From positions 1 to 49,386 of the forward strand of contig CAVDLN010000003.1 of NCBI GenBank assembly GCA_963609805.1: a stretch of 49,386 nt of DNA. Direction: 5' to 3'. This DNA comes from Erysipelotrichaceae bacterium (GTDB lineage: Bacteria; Bacillota; Clostridia; Oscillospirales; CAG-272). Below the pieces are notes generated by a model. That model made no database searches and was not told the origin of the DNA. It saw only the letters and a list, made by a program, of their open reading frames with translations. Made by a program: the position numbers and the translations under genes. Positions 8,011 through 16,109 of the stretch are shown here, piece after piece; the first letter of the stretch is position 1, and each line of letters starts with the position of its first letter.

Positions 8011-9102
8011 TTATGCATTTTCTCCCAAAGGCAGCCGTACCGTGAAGGTACTCCCCTCTCCGGGGGCACTGGAAACCTGTATGCTCCCGCCGCAGAGAAT
8101 CAGGACTCTTCTTACGATGGTAAGACCGATTCCGTTACCGGCTGCGCTGTGGGAGGTGTCTCCCTGATAGAATTTTTCAAAAATCCGGGCCTGCACTTCT
8201 TTACTCATGCCGCAGCCCGTGTCACGGATTTCCACAACGGCGTCGCCGGATTCCCGCCGCAGCGTGCAGGAAACCGTTCCGCCCTCGGGTGTGAACTTGA
8301 ATGCGTTGCCAAACAGGTTCAGCCACACCTGCAGCAGCATGTCCTCGTTCGTCTCATACATGATCTCATCCAGATCAATGTCCAGCTCAATGTTCTTCGA
8401 GGACCACTGCTTTTCCAGCGTCAGAACGGCACGGCGCAGCTGCTCGTCAAGATAGAACCTGCTGCAGTCGGTGATGGTTTGCTGGTTTTCCAGCTTGGTC
8501 AGAAACAGAATATTGGTTGCCATGTTGGCAAGCCGATTGGACTCCTCGACGATGATGTCCGTGTATTTCCTGCGCTCCTCCTCGGACAGATTCCTGTCCT
8601 GGAGCAGTCGGGCAAAGCCGCGGATGGACACGATAGGGGTTTTGAATTCGTGAGAGAAGTTGTTGATAAAGTCGTTCCGGAAAATTTCCGTGTTGTCCAG
8701 CTCTTCCGCCATGTGGTTGAAGCTGTGCTGCAGCGCACCCAGGTCAGACCGCGGATCAGCCGTTTCCGTCAGCCGGGCTTTGAAATCCCCCTGCGCTATT
8801 TTCTCCGTGGCACGGATAAGCTTCTCAAAGGGACGGTATATCTTCTTTGAGAGAATAAAGGACAGCAGCAAGCCGGTGAGCAGGCTCACCGAAAGGCTCA
8901 CGATAACGGCAAGAATCGGGGCACTCACCTCGCCCGGCAGCACGGGGGAAATAAGGAAGTACAGAAGGACCGTAAACAGGGAGGAAGCCGCCATAATGGA
9001 AAAAAGCAGCAGGATGACGCGATTGCTGAACGTGCGTACAAACCGGTAGCGGCGCGGAAGTGCGGGTGCCTCGGCGGAATCCCGGGGCGGATCGTGTTTC
9101 AT
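8011..9102 (-). CDS. Sensor histidine kinase
   Basis: Two N-terminal TM segments, a HAMP-like linker, H-box FSHEFKTPI, N-box NAFKFT, and G-boxes DTGCGM and GNGIGL. It overlaps the response-regulator stop by 4 nt. Confidence 0.9.
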   Translation of the reverse strand: MKHDPPRDSAEAPALPRRYRFVRTFSNRVILLLFSIMAASSLFTVLLYFLISPVLPGEVSAPILAVIVSLSVSLLTGLLLSFILSKKIYRPFEKLIRATEKIAQGDFKARLTETADPRSDLGALQHSFNHMAEELDNTEIFRNDFINNFSHEFKTPIVSIRGFARLLQDRNLSEEERRKYTDIIVEESNRLANMATNILFLTKLENQQTITDCSRFYLDEQLRRAVLTLEKQWSSKNIELDIDLDEIMYETNEDMLLQVWLNLFGNAFKFTPEGGTVSCTLRRESGDAVVEIRDTGCGMSKEVQARIFEKFYQGDTSHSAAGNGIGLTIVRRVLILCGGSIQVSSAPGEGSTFTVRLPLGENA

Positions 9103-9791
9103 TTCAGGTACACTCCCTTGTAGCCGAGACCCCGCGCTGTGACGATTTCAAAATCGTGGCTGTCACGGAAACGGTTCCGCACACGGCTGACGTGGACGTC
9201 AACGGTTCTCTCGTCGGAGTCGCTGTCCTCTCCCCAAAATTCATCCATCAACTGGCGCCGCGTAAAGGTTTGATTCGGGTTGGACAGCATTTTGAACAGA
9301 ATCAGGAATTCCTTTTCCGGAAGCTCCATGGTACCGGTCGGCTCGGAGGAATCTCCGTCGGTGCGGACGGTAAGTGAATCATAATACAGGATGGTCTTGC
9401 CGACAACCAGCTTCCGTTCGCTCACGATGCGGGAACGGCGAAGCAGTGCCGCAATCCGCAGGATCATTTCCTCCTCGTCCACCGGCTTTGTCATGTAGTC
9501 GTCGGTGCCGAGCAGGAAACCGCGGTGCTTATCGGCGGGAGTTTGCTTGGCCGATACCATCAGGATCGGAACCATGTTGCCGCGGTTGCGCAGATCCTGT
9601 GTGAGCTCATACCCGTCCATATTGGGCATCATGATATCCAGCAGAATTAAATCGATGCGTGTGGTTTCAAGATGGCGCAGCGCATCCATGCCGTCGTTGG
9701 CCGGTATGGCTGCGTAGCCGTTCCGCTCCAGAACGGCACACATCAGCCGACGGGTATTGAAATCATCTTCCACAACGAGAATGTTGAACAT
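9099..9791 (-). CDS. OmpR-family response regulator
   Basis: MFNILVVEDD...LILLDIMMPNMDG receiver domain plus a winged-helix C-terminus (TVDVHVSRVRNRF). The start is taken at ATG 9791, after a GGAGG, rather than at the longer ORF. Confidence 0.9.
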   Translation of the reverse strand: MFNILVVEDDFNTRRLMCAVLERNGYAAIPANDGMDALRHLETTRIDLILLDIMMPNMDGYELTQDLRNRGNMVPILMVSAKQTPADKHRGFLLGTDDYMTKPVDEEEMILRIAALLRRSRIVSERKLVVGKTILYYDSLTVRTDGDSSEPTGTMELPEKEFLILFKMLSNPNQTFTRRQLMDEFWGEDSDSDERTVDVHVSRVRNRFRDSHDFEIVTARGLGYKGVYLK

Positions 9792-9921
9792 AACAGAAAT
9801 AATCCTCCGTATACAGATTAAAGGGAAATCACAGTTAACATTGTATACTGAAGTTATTGCGTAAATATAAACAATTCTGTAATTTTTGGTAAATCCCGCG
9901 ATTCCGGAGGAGTTTTTTTGT

Positions 9922-9959
9922 AAAAAAGCGTCGGCACTCACTTTGTGCCGACGCTTTTC
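9922..9959 (-). terminator. Intrinsic terminator after bioY (bidirectional shape)
   Basis: agcgtcggcac/gtgccgacgct stem flanked by an A-run and a T-run. Confidence 0.6.
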
Positions 9960-9975
9960 TGGAAAAGACCGTATA

Positions 9976-10584
9976 TCAGTTTCGTACCCACTTACGTCCC
10001 CTCAGGACAAGCGGAACAGCCATGGCCAGTTTGACCGTATCGGGCAGCAGGTAGGGCAGGACACACCAGCCGAGAACCGCAGACAGCGCAACAGACCCGG
10101 TTGTGCGCGCATAAACGGCCATAAACCACGCCGTCCCGAAGGCGTAGCACAGAACCAAGCCGGCGGCCATGCCCGCAATCAGAAACGGGAGTTTCCCCTT
10201 TCCGAGGCGGAACAGGAAGGCCTCCGCCGGTGCCCAGAGCAGGAATCCCCACAGATACCCGCCTGTCGAGCCGAGCATATAGGCAATGCCGCCGTTGAAG
10301 CCGGAGAATACCGGGACGCCCAATGCGCCCAGCGCCAGCCATACGGCGACGGCGGAGGTCGCGCGTCGGATGCCCAGAAGGCCCGCAATCAGTGCGACGG
10401 CAAAGGTTTGCATGGTAAATGACACAAGCGGTCGCGGCAGCGGAACCGATATCCAGGAACAGACGGTCAGCACGGCGGCAGCCATGCCGACATAGGCCAC
10501 GTCCAGCGCACGGGCGCGGGCGGTACGAACGGCAGCGGACGCCCCGTTTTGTTCTTTTTGTTTGTGCTGCATAGTTCGCGTCAC
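9976..10584 (-). CDS. bioY: BioY-family biotin transporter S component
   Basis: Polytopic membrane protein whose FTMQTFAV...GGYLWGF... blocks are typical of BioY. The start is ambiguous between GTG 10584 and ATG 10572. Confidence 0.8.
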   Translation of the reverse strand: MTRTMQHKQKEQNGASAAVRTARARALDVAYVGMAAAVLTVCSWISVPLPRPLVSFTMQTFAVALIAGLLGIRRATSAVAVWLALGALGVPVFSGFNGGIAYMLGSTGGYLWGFLLWAPAEAFLFRLGKGKLPFLIAGMAAGLVLCYAFGTAWFMAVYARTTGSVALSAVLGWCVLPYLLPDTVKLAMAVPLVLRGRKWVRN

Positions 10585-10590
10585 GCTCCC

Positions 10591-11151
10591 TCAGCAGCTC
10601 TCCGGCAGATATTCCACCGGTTTTGCGCAGCCGAGCGCGGCGATGACCGCGTCCCAGCGCGCCTGCATGTCACTGTCCGGGTCGGCCCACAGAACGGGAC
10701 GGAATCCGGCATCCAGATAGGTTTTGATGGCGGCAAGGCGGTGATCATCGGTGGTCAGCGTAATGACCGCGCAGCCCCGTGTCTGAAGCTCCTCCAGCGC
10801 GCGGGAGAGCATGGCATGCCCGATGCCCTTGCCGCGGCAGGAGGGGAGGGAACCGACCATATGGATATATCCCTCCCCGTTTGCATGGCGCACGGCAGCG
10901 GAGGTTGCGACGCGCACACCGTTCGCATCCGTGACGAAAAAGAGATCGCGTGCGGGGTCAAGATCGGGGTAATTCCGAATGGAGTCGGCGAACCAGTGTG
11001 GGTCTGTGTCGGGGAGCAGTCCCGCGGCGCATATGGTCAGCCAGTCGTCAATTTCGGCCTGCGTTCCGAGAAACGGGGTATAGGCGTATCCGTCGGGCAG
11101 GCTGCGGCGGACAACCGGCGCGGCGTGCCGCAGCATCAGAAGCTGTTTCAT
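10591..11151 (-). CDS. GNAT-family N-acetyltransferase (intact copy)
   Basis: Acetyl-CoA motif A SCRGKGIGHAMLSRAL with full-length C-terminal strands (AIKTYLDAGFRPV). Confidence 0.8.
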   Translation of the reverse strand: MKQLLMLRHAAPVVRRSLPDGYAYTPFLGTQAEIDDWLTICAAGLLPDTDPHWFADSIRNYPDLDPARDLFFVTDANGVRVATSAAVRHANGEGYIHMVGSLPSCRGKGIGHAMLSRALEELQTRGCAVITLTTDDHRLAAIKTYLDAGFRPVLWADPDSDMQARWDAVIAALGCAKPVEYLPESC

Positions 11152-11959
11152 GCGTTTTTTCCTTCTTTTTCTTCGTTTGGCCGGGAGGGCGTGTCTGCTT
11201 CCGCCACGGGCAGCGTTTCCGGTTCGGATACCTTGCCGTCATCCGAATTCGCCTGCCTGTGCTTGTCCGGGTGCGTCTCCTCCGTACTGCCCTGTTCCAG
11301 CAGAAGTAGCTTTTCGGCCAGCAGGCGGGTGAGACCGCCTACCATGGCAAGGCGGTGATCATCGGTGGTCAGCGTAATGACCGCGCAGCCCCGTGTCTGA
11401 AGCTCCTCCAGCGCGCGGGAGAGCATGGCATGCCCGATGCCCTTGCCGCGGCAGGAGGGGAGGGAACCGACCATATGGATATATCCCTCCCCGTTTGCAT
11501 GGCGCACGGCAGCGGAGGTTGCGACGCGCACACCGTTCGCATCCGTGACGAAAAAGAGATCGCGTGCGGGGTCAAGATCGGGGTAATTCCGAATGGAGTC
11601 GGCGAACCAGTGTGGGTCTGTGTCGGGGAGCAGTCCCGCGGCGCATATGGTCAGCCAGTCGTCAATTTCGGCCTGCGTTCCGAGAAACGGGGTATAGGCG
11701 TATCCGTCGGGCAGGCTGCGGCGGACAACCGGCGCGGCGTGCCGCAGCATCAGAAGCTGTTTCATGCGTTTTTTCCTTCTTTTTCTTCGTTTGGCCGGGA
11801 GGGCGTGTCTGCTTCCGCCACGGGCAGCGTTTCCGGTTCGGATACCTTGCCGTCATCCGAATTCGCCTGCCTGTGCTTGTCCGGGTGCGTCTCCTCCGTA
11901 CTGCCCTGTTCCAGCAGAAGTAGCTTTTCGGCCAGCAGGCGGGTGAGACCGCCTACCAT
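10732..11959. repeat. Direct tandem duplication, 2 x 614 bp (10732..11345 and 11346..11959)
   Basis: Every ORF in copy 1 recurs exactly 614 nt later with an identical translation (for example 10950..11309 and 11564..11923). The sequences read identical by eye. Both parental breakpoints contain atggcgg. Confidence 0.9.
11148..11765 (-). other. Chimeric ORF created by the duplication: GNAT residues 1-140 fused in frame to the last 65 residues of the DUF1836 protein
   Basis: ...TLTTDDHRLA|MVGGLTRLLAEK... with the junction exactly at 11346/11345. It keeps the ATGA start/stop overlap with the upstream gene. Confidence 0.7.
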
Positions 11960-12469
11960 GGCGGAGGCGATGATGAGGTCGCTGGCATTTTCCACGGAGG
12001 TTCCCCCCGGTACATCGTGGTCGAGGAGAGAGCCTGCCGCGGCGCGCACCTGCTCGACAAAATATTCCGAGACGATGCGGTGGCGCGCCGTGTACATCCG
12101 GTAGAAGGCTTCCATTTCCTCCTCCGGTCGGTTCAGCGGCAGCAGATTGCGGATCGTGGTTATGCTGAGGCTCTGTTTCAGTGTAAGAATGACGATGAGA
12201 TACGCCAGATGAATACGGTAATACCGCTTTTTGCGCGGTTCGGGCATGATCTTCATGCGGACATAGTTGTTGATGGTGGAGGCCGTGATAAACTGCTCCT
12301 CTTTCAGCTCCGGCGGGAGGTAGTCGAGATACTGCTTCATGAGTACCGTGACCTGCTCCATATACAGCCCCAGATCGGGGATGCGCTCCCATTCCGGCAG
12401 CCTGTATTCCCGCAGATATTTTTCCCAACGGCGCAGTTTGGCGGCAACCAGCTCTTTGTCGGGTGTCAT
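11762..12469 (-). CDS. DUF1836 domain protein with an acidic C-terminal tail
   Basis: LPEWERIPDLGLYMEQV...ITASTINNYVRMKIMP block recalled as DUF1836. It is divergent from a DegV gene, which is a common pairing in Firmicutes. Confidence 0.7.
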   Translation of the reverse strand: MTPDKELVAAKLRRWEKYLREYRLPEWERIPDLGLYMEQVTVLMKQYLDYLPPELKEEQFITASTINNYVRMKIMPEPRKKRYYRIHLAYLIVILTLKQSLSITTIRNLLPLNRPEEEMEAFYRMYTARHRIVSEYFVEQVRAAAGSLLDHDVPGGTSVENASDLIIASAMVGGLTRLLAEKLLLLEQGSTEETHPDKHRQANSDDGKVSEPETLPVAEADTPSRPNEEKEGKNA

Positions 12470-12578
12470 ACTCCGTGCCTCCCTCTGTAAATGTAAATCG
12501 GCGATTTTCTAAACTCATTATAGCATATCCCGCGTGCGAATGCAATAGGAAAAGCGGGAAATATCTTACAAAATCCTC

Positions 12579-12607
12579 TTGACATTGTATCGAATGTGTG
12601 ATAATAT
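12579..12607 (+). promoter_or_regulatory. Sigma-A-like promoter for the DegV gene
   Basis: TTGACA (12579..12584), 17-nt spacer, TAATAT. GATAAT and TATAAT hexamers overlap it. Confidence 0.5.
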
Positions 12608-12640
12608 AATATGCAATATTAGATATAGGGAGCGCAGCAC

Positions 12641-13534
12641 ATGGATTATGTGATTTTTACAGACACGTCCGCCAATCTTCCGGACAAGATTGCGAAAAAA
12701 TACAGCCTTCACAGAATACCCTTTTTCTACTGCCCCCCGGATCACCCGGAGGGACTCCCCTGTCCCGGCACGGAGGAATTCGACGGGAGCGCCTACTACA
12801 ACGCCCTGCGGGGCGGACAGGTTGTGACGACGGCGCAAATCAACATGCACCAGTATATCAGCGCTATGGACCCGGTGCTGGAGGCGGGGCAGGACATCCT
12901 GTTTGTGGGAATGTCCTCCGGCATCAGCGGAGCCTACCACAGTGCCGCGCAGGCGGCACGCGTTCTGTCGGAACAGTATCCGGAGCGCAGAATACGCACG
13001 GTGGACACGCTGTCCGCCTCGCTGGGGGAGGGCCTGCTGGTTTTAGAGGCGGCGCGGATGCGTGAGAAGGGCATCGGTCTGGACGAGACAGCCGATCGGT
13101 TGAACGAGATGCGCATGCGGATGAGTCAGATATTCACGGTGGACGATCTGTTCTGCCTGAAGCGCGGCGGCAGACTGTCGGGTGCGGCGGCACTGCTGGG
13201 TACGGCACTGGGCATCAAGCCGATTCTCTGCTCTGACGAGCAGGGACAGATACTGTCCTGTGCCAAGGTGCGCGGCCGCCGGGCGTCGATTCAGGCGCTG
13301 GCGGAGCGGTATGATTCCCTGGTCGTCTCGCCGGAGGAGCAGTGCATCGGCATCGCGCACTGCGACTGCTATCCGGATGTGCAGGCGCTGATTGCGCTGC
13401 TTAACCGTCACCGCCCCCCGCGGGAGATCATGACGGTCATGTATGAGCCCGTGACCGGCGCGCATGTCGGGCCCGGCGCGCTGGCGCTGTTCTTCTTCGG
13501 GGATCCGTCCTGCCGCAGGCTGGCAAAAGCATAA
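12641..13534 (+). CDS. DegV-family fatty-acid-binding protein
   Basis: VIFTDTSANLP N-terminus, typical length (~297 aa), and an AGGGAG RBS. Confidence 0.9.
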   Translation: MDYVIFTDTSANLPDKIAKKYSLHRIPFFYCPPDHPEGLPCPGTEEFDGSAYYNALRGGQVVTTAQINMHQYISAMDPVLEAGQDILFVGMSSGISGAYHSAAQAARVLSEQYPERRIRTVDTLSASLGEGLLVLEAARMREKGIGLDETADRLNEMRMRMSQIFTVDDLFCLKRGGRLSGAAALLGTALGIKPILCSDEQGQILSCAKVRGRRASIQALAERYDSLVVSPEEQCIGIAHCDCYPDVQALIALLNRHRPPREIMTVMYEPVTGAHVGPGALALFFFGDPSCRRLAKA

Positions 13535-13593
13535 AACCGCAGCTTTTTGAGTACCGGGATTTCGAAAATTACGCCGTAAGGAGGAATCGTATC

Positions 13594-14280
13594 ATGACGC
13601 GAACAAAACTGTGCGACCGTGTACTCCCGGATTATACCCGCGGAGAGGAAATATTCAACATGGTGTCCCACATTGTGGGGGCGGCTTTCGGCATAGCGGC
13701 GCTGACGCTCTGTGTGGTGTTTTCGGCCCTGAAGGGGGACGCATGGTCGGTGGTCAGCAGTGCCGTGTACGGCGCGTCGCTGGTGATGCTGTACACCATG
13801 TCCAGTGTGTACCACGGACTTCCGCGCACAACCCCGACGGCCAAAAAGGTCATGCAGGTGATGGATCACTGCACTATCTACGCGTTGATCTGCGGCAGCT
13901 ACACGCCTATTCTGCTGTGCTCTATCCGCCGCGTGTCGCCGGGCTGGGGCTGGGGACTGTTCGGTGTGGTGTTCGGGCTCTGCACGCTCTGCACCGTACT
14001 TACCGCCATTGATTTGAAAAAGTATGCGGGGCTTTCCATGTTCTGCTATGTCGGCGTCGGCTGGTCCGTGGTATTCGCAATCCGCCCCGTGCTGGAATCG
14101 GTTGCCCTGCCGGGAATCCTGTGGCTGGTCGGCGGCGGGATTGCCTACACGCTGGGAGCGGTGCTGTATGTCAAGGCGGGCAAGCAGGGCGGCGCACCCT
14201 ACATGCATTCCGTTTTTCACCTGTTTGTTCTTCTCGGAAGCCTGCTTCAGTTTTTCTGCATTTTCTTCTATGTGATTTGA
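13594..14280 (+). CDS. Hemolysin-III / PAQR family membrane protein
   Basis: Seven TM segments with EEIFNMVSHIVGA, SSVYH and HSVFHLFVLLGS motifs. AAGGAGG RBS. Confidence 0.9.
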   Translation: MTRTKLCDRVLPDYTRGEEIFNMVSHIVGAAFGIAALTLCVVFSALKGDAWSVVSSAVYGASLVMLYTMSSVYHGLPRTTPTAKKVMQVMDHCTIYALICGSYTPILLCSIRRVSPGWGWGLFGVVFGLCTLCTVLTAIDLKKYAGLSMFCYVGVGWSVVFAIRPVLESVALPGILWLVGGGIAYTLGAVLYVKAGKQGGAPYMHSVFHLFVLLGSLLQFFCIFFYVI

Positions 14281-14390
14281 TAAACACAAGTGATTTGATG
14301 AACACAGGACGGCGGCGGGCGCGGGGCGACACACTCCGCACCCGCACGCCAACTTTACACCGGGATACCCGAAATATTTCGGAAAACCTC

Positions 14391-14419
14391 TTGACAAAAA
14401 CCGTGAAATCGTGTATAAT
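14391..14419 (+). promoter_or_regulatory. Consensus sigma-A promoter for tRNA-Leu
   Basis: TTGACA, 17-nt spacer, TATAAT. Confidence 0.7.
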
Positions 14420-14442
14420 TCCATCTGTTAGCTTAACTGTAA

Positions 14443-14527
14443 GCGAGGGTGGCGGAACTGGCAGACGCGCACGTTTGAGGGGCGTGTGGTTTACACCATA
14501 CGGGTTCGATTCCCGTTCCTCGCACCA
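14443..14527 (+). tRNA. tRNA-Leu(GAG), type II with a long variable arm and encoded CCA
   Basis: Hand-folded. Acceptor gcgaggg/tcctcgc, anticodon stem cacgt/gcgtg with loop ttGAGgg, variable arm tggtttacaccatac, and a T arm containing ggttcgattcc. Confidence 0.85.
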
Positions 14528-14572
14528 GTGTTTCCGCAGAGGTTTCTCTTTGCGGAAGGATATGGTATCGAA

Positions 14573-14607
14573 AGCAGGGGACACCACAGTCCCCTGCTTT
14601 TGCTTTT
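14573..14607 (+). terminator. Intrinsic terminator after tRNA-Leu
   Basis: agcagggga/tcccctgct stem followed by tttgctttt. Confidence 0.7.
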
Positions 14608-14635
14608 CGATAATTTTTCAGCCGGAGGTACGGAG

Positions 14636-15130
14636 ATGTTCAGACCCATGCGCAGGAAGAACAAGGAAATCAGCCGGGAGGCGGCAGAGCAGCTGCTGCT
14701 TCGCAGTCGGCGCGGTGTGCTGGCGGTAAACGGCGACGACGGATACCCGTATGCGGTGCCGATTAACTATTTCTATGATGCGGACAGCCGGAAAATATAC
14801 TTTCACGGTGCGCGCGCGGGACACAAATATGAATCGATTCGGGCGTGCGGCAAGGTCTGCTTTACCGTGTACGGAAACGAAACCGTCAGAGAGGACGAAT
14901 GGGCGCCGTTCCTGCAAAGCGTTGTGGTATTCGGAATATGCCGTCCGGTTGAGGACGAGACGGCATGCACAGCCTGCCCTGCGGGCATCGCTCTGCTGAA
15001 GAAGCTTGCCATGAAATACTATCCCTCCGAACAGCTTGTTGACGATGAGATCAGGCGTGCGGGAAAAGCGGCGCAGGTATTTGAAATCGAAATCGAGCAC
15101 ATGAGCGGGAAAGAGGTGCAGGAGCGGTAA
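14636..15130 (+). CDS. Pyridoxamine 5'-phosphate oxidase-fold (Nim-like) FMN-binding protein
   Basis: MFRPMRRKNKEISREAAEQLL...GVLAVNGDDGYPYAVPINYFY is typical of the PNPOx/Nim family. The ATG at 14636 follows a GGAGG. Confidence 0.8.
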   Translation: MFRPMRRKNKEISREAAEQLLLRSRRGVLAVNGDDGYPYAVPINYFYDADSRKIYFHGARAGHKYESIRACGKVCFTVYGNETVREDEWAPFLQSVVVFGICRPVEDETACTACPAGIALLKKLAMKYYPSEQLVDDEIRRAGKAAQVFEIEIEHMSGKEVQER

Positions 15131-15195
15131 GCGGCTTTCTCTGCCTGGCGGGCCTCGGACACCCTTCCGCAGGGAGGGCATTACCGCGTTTCCGC

Positions 15196-15245
15196 GTAAA
15201 TACGCGCGTATTTACAGCCGTAATACGGCCGCCGTATTACGGCTG
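15196..15245. repeat. Two abutting perfect palindromes (20 bp and 31 bp)
   Basis: gtaaatacgc|gcgtatttac (15196..15215) and cagccgtaatacggc-c-gccgtattacggctg (15215..15245). Confidence 0.8.
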
Positions 15246-15257
15246 TGTCGCCTTCGG

Positions 15258-15301
15258 AAAAAAAGCAGCCCCCGCGGTATACCGCAGGGGCTGCTTTTGT
15301 T
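15258..15301. terminator. Bidirectional intrinsic terminator between the PNPOx gene and tRNA-Val
   Basis: A-run, then gcagcccccgcgg/ccgcaggggctgc stem, then T-run. Confidence 0.7.
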
Positions 15302-15378
<77 letters not shown>

Positions 15379-15391
15379 ATGCTACTCCGTT

Positions 15392-15420
15392 ATTATAGCA
15401 CAGGCGGGGACGAATGTCAA
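15392..15420 (-). promoter_or_regulatory. Consensus sigma-A promoter for tRNA-Val
   Basis: Minus strand TTGACA, 17-nt spacer, TATAAT. Confidence 0.7.
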
Positions 15421-15552
15421 GATGTTTTTTTGAAAAAGTAAATTCCCGAGGCAGCTTCCGTTGCAATGCCCATTGCGGAGCTTACTTTTAGAATTTAGGA
15501 AGCAATGATTTAAGGAACAGCTGAATAAATCGGCGTTTCCTTAAAAAAACTA

Positions 15553-15581
15553 TTGCTTTTTGCGGAGATGTATGCTATAAT
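15553..15581 (+). promoter_or_regulatory. Sigma-A-like promoter for secG
   Basis: TTGCTT, 17-nt spacer, TATAAT, with an A-tract upstream. Confidence 0.55.
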
Positions 15582-15644
15582 ATCGTATAGTCGTGCACAT
15601 TGCGTGCAGCTGTGCAGGAAAAAGGTAGAAAGTGGGTCAGTATC

Positions 15645-15896
15645 ATGGAAATGGCAGTTGTTGAACTGGTTATGGGAATTCTGCTGCTTGTGCTGTCGCT
15701 GGGTATCGTGGTGGCTGTTATGCTGCAGTCCGGCAAGGACAAGAAGCTGTCCGGCGCTATCGTCGGCGGTTCGGATACCTTCTTCGGGAAGGGAAAGACC
15801 GGCCGCAAGGACAGGACGCTCCGTATTCTTACAACGGTTCTGTCTACGGTTTTCTTCGTTCTGATTGTGGCGCTGTACTGCATCGCCGGCAACTGA
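15645..15896 (+). CDS. secG: Preprotein translocase subunit SecG
   Basis: 83 aa with two TM segments flanking LQSGKDKKLSGAIVGGSDTFFGK. The start is taken at ATG 15645. Confidence 0.8.
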   Translation: MEMAVVELVMGILLLVLSLGIVVAVMLQSGKDKKLSGAIVGGSDTFFGKGKTGRKDRTLRILTTVLSTVFFVLIVALYCIAGN

Positions 15897-16109
15897 AAAA
15901 GCAGTTTGCTTCCCTGAGGGCCGCAAAAGGCGATCCTGAAAACAGGAACAGAACGACAGATGTGGAAAAGGGTTGATGCGCGGTTTGCTCTTTGTATACC
16001 GCCCTGCGTCCTTTGAGGAAGGCAGGCGGGAGGGCACGGCATCGACCCTTTTCTCTGTATGCTTTAAAAGTTAAGAGTTAAGCTGTGAGGGGAGGGGTGC
16101 AGCGAGAAA

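Noticed and set aside
9792-9941. 50-codon N-terminal extension of the response regulator ORF
   Set aside because: The extension is AT-rich promoter-like sequence. The canonical receiver N-terminus MFNILVVEDD starts at an ATG preceded by GGAGG.
10549-12104. Two nearly identical plus-strand ORFs (269 and 249 aa) and several duplicated short ORFs
   Set aside because: They are antisense to the GNAT and DUF1836 genes. Their duplication is simply a consequence of the 614-bp tandem repeat.
15488-15498. The 11-mer ttagaatttag is shared with 36650..36660
   Set aside because: It is short and AT-rich, and the flanks diverge immediately. This is within what chance could give, and I see no structural or positional logic.
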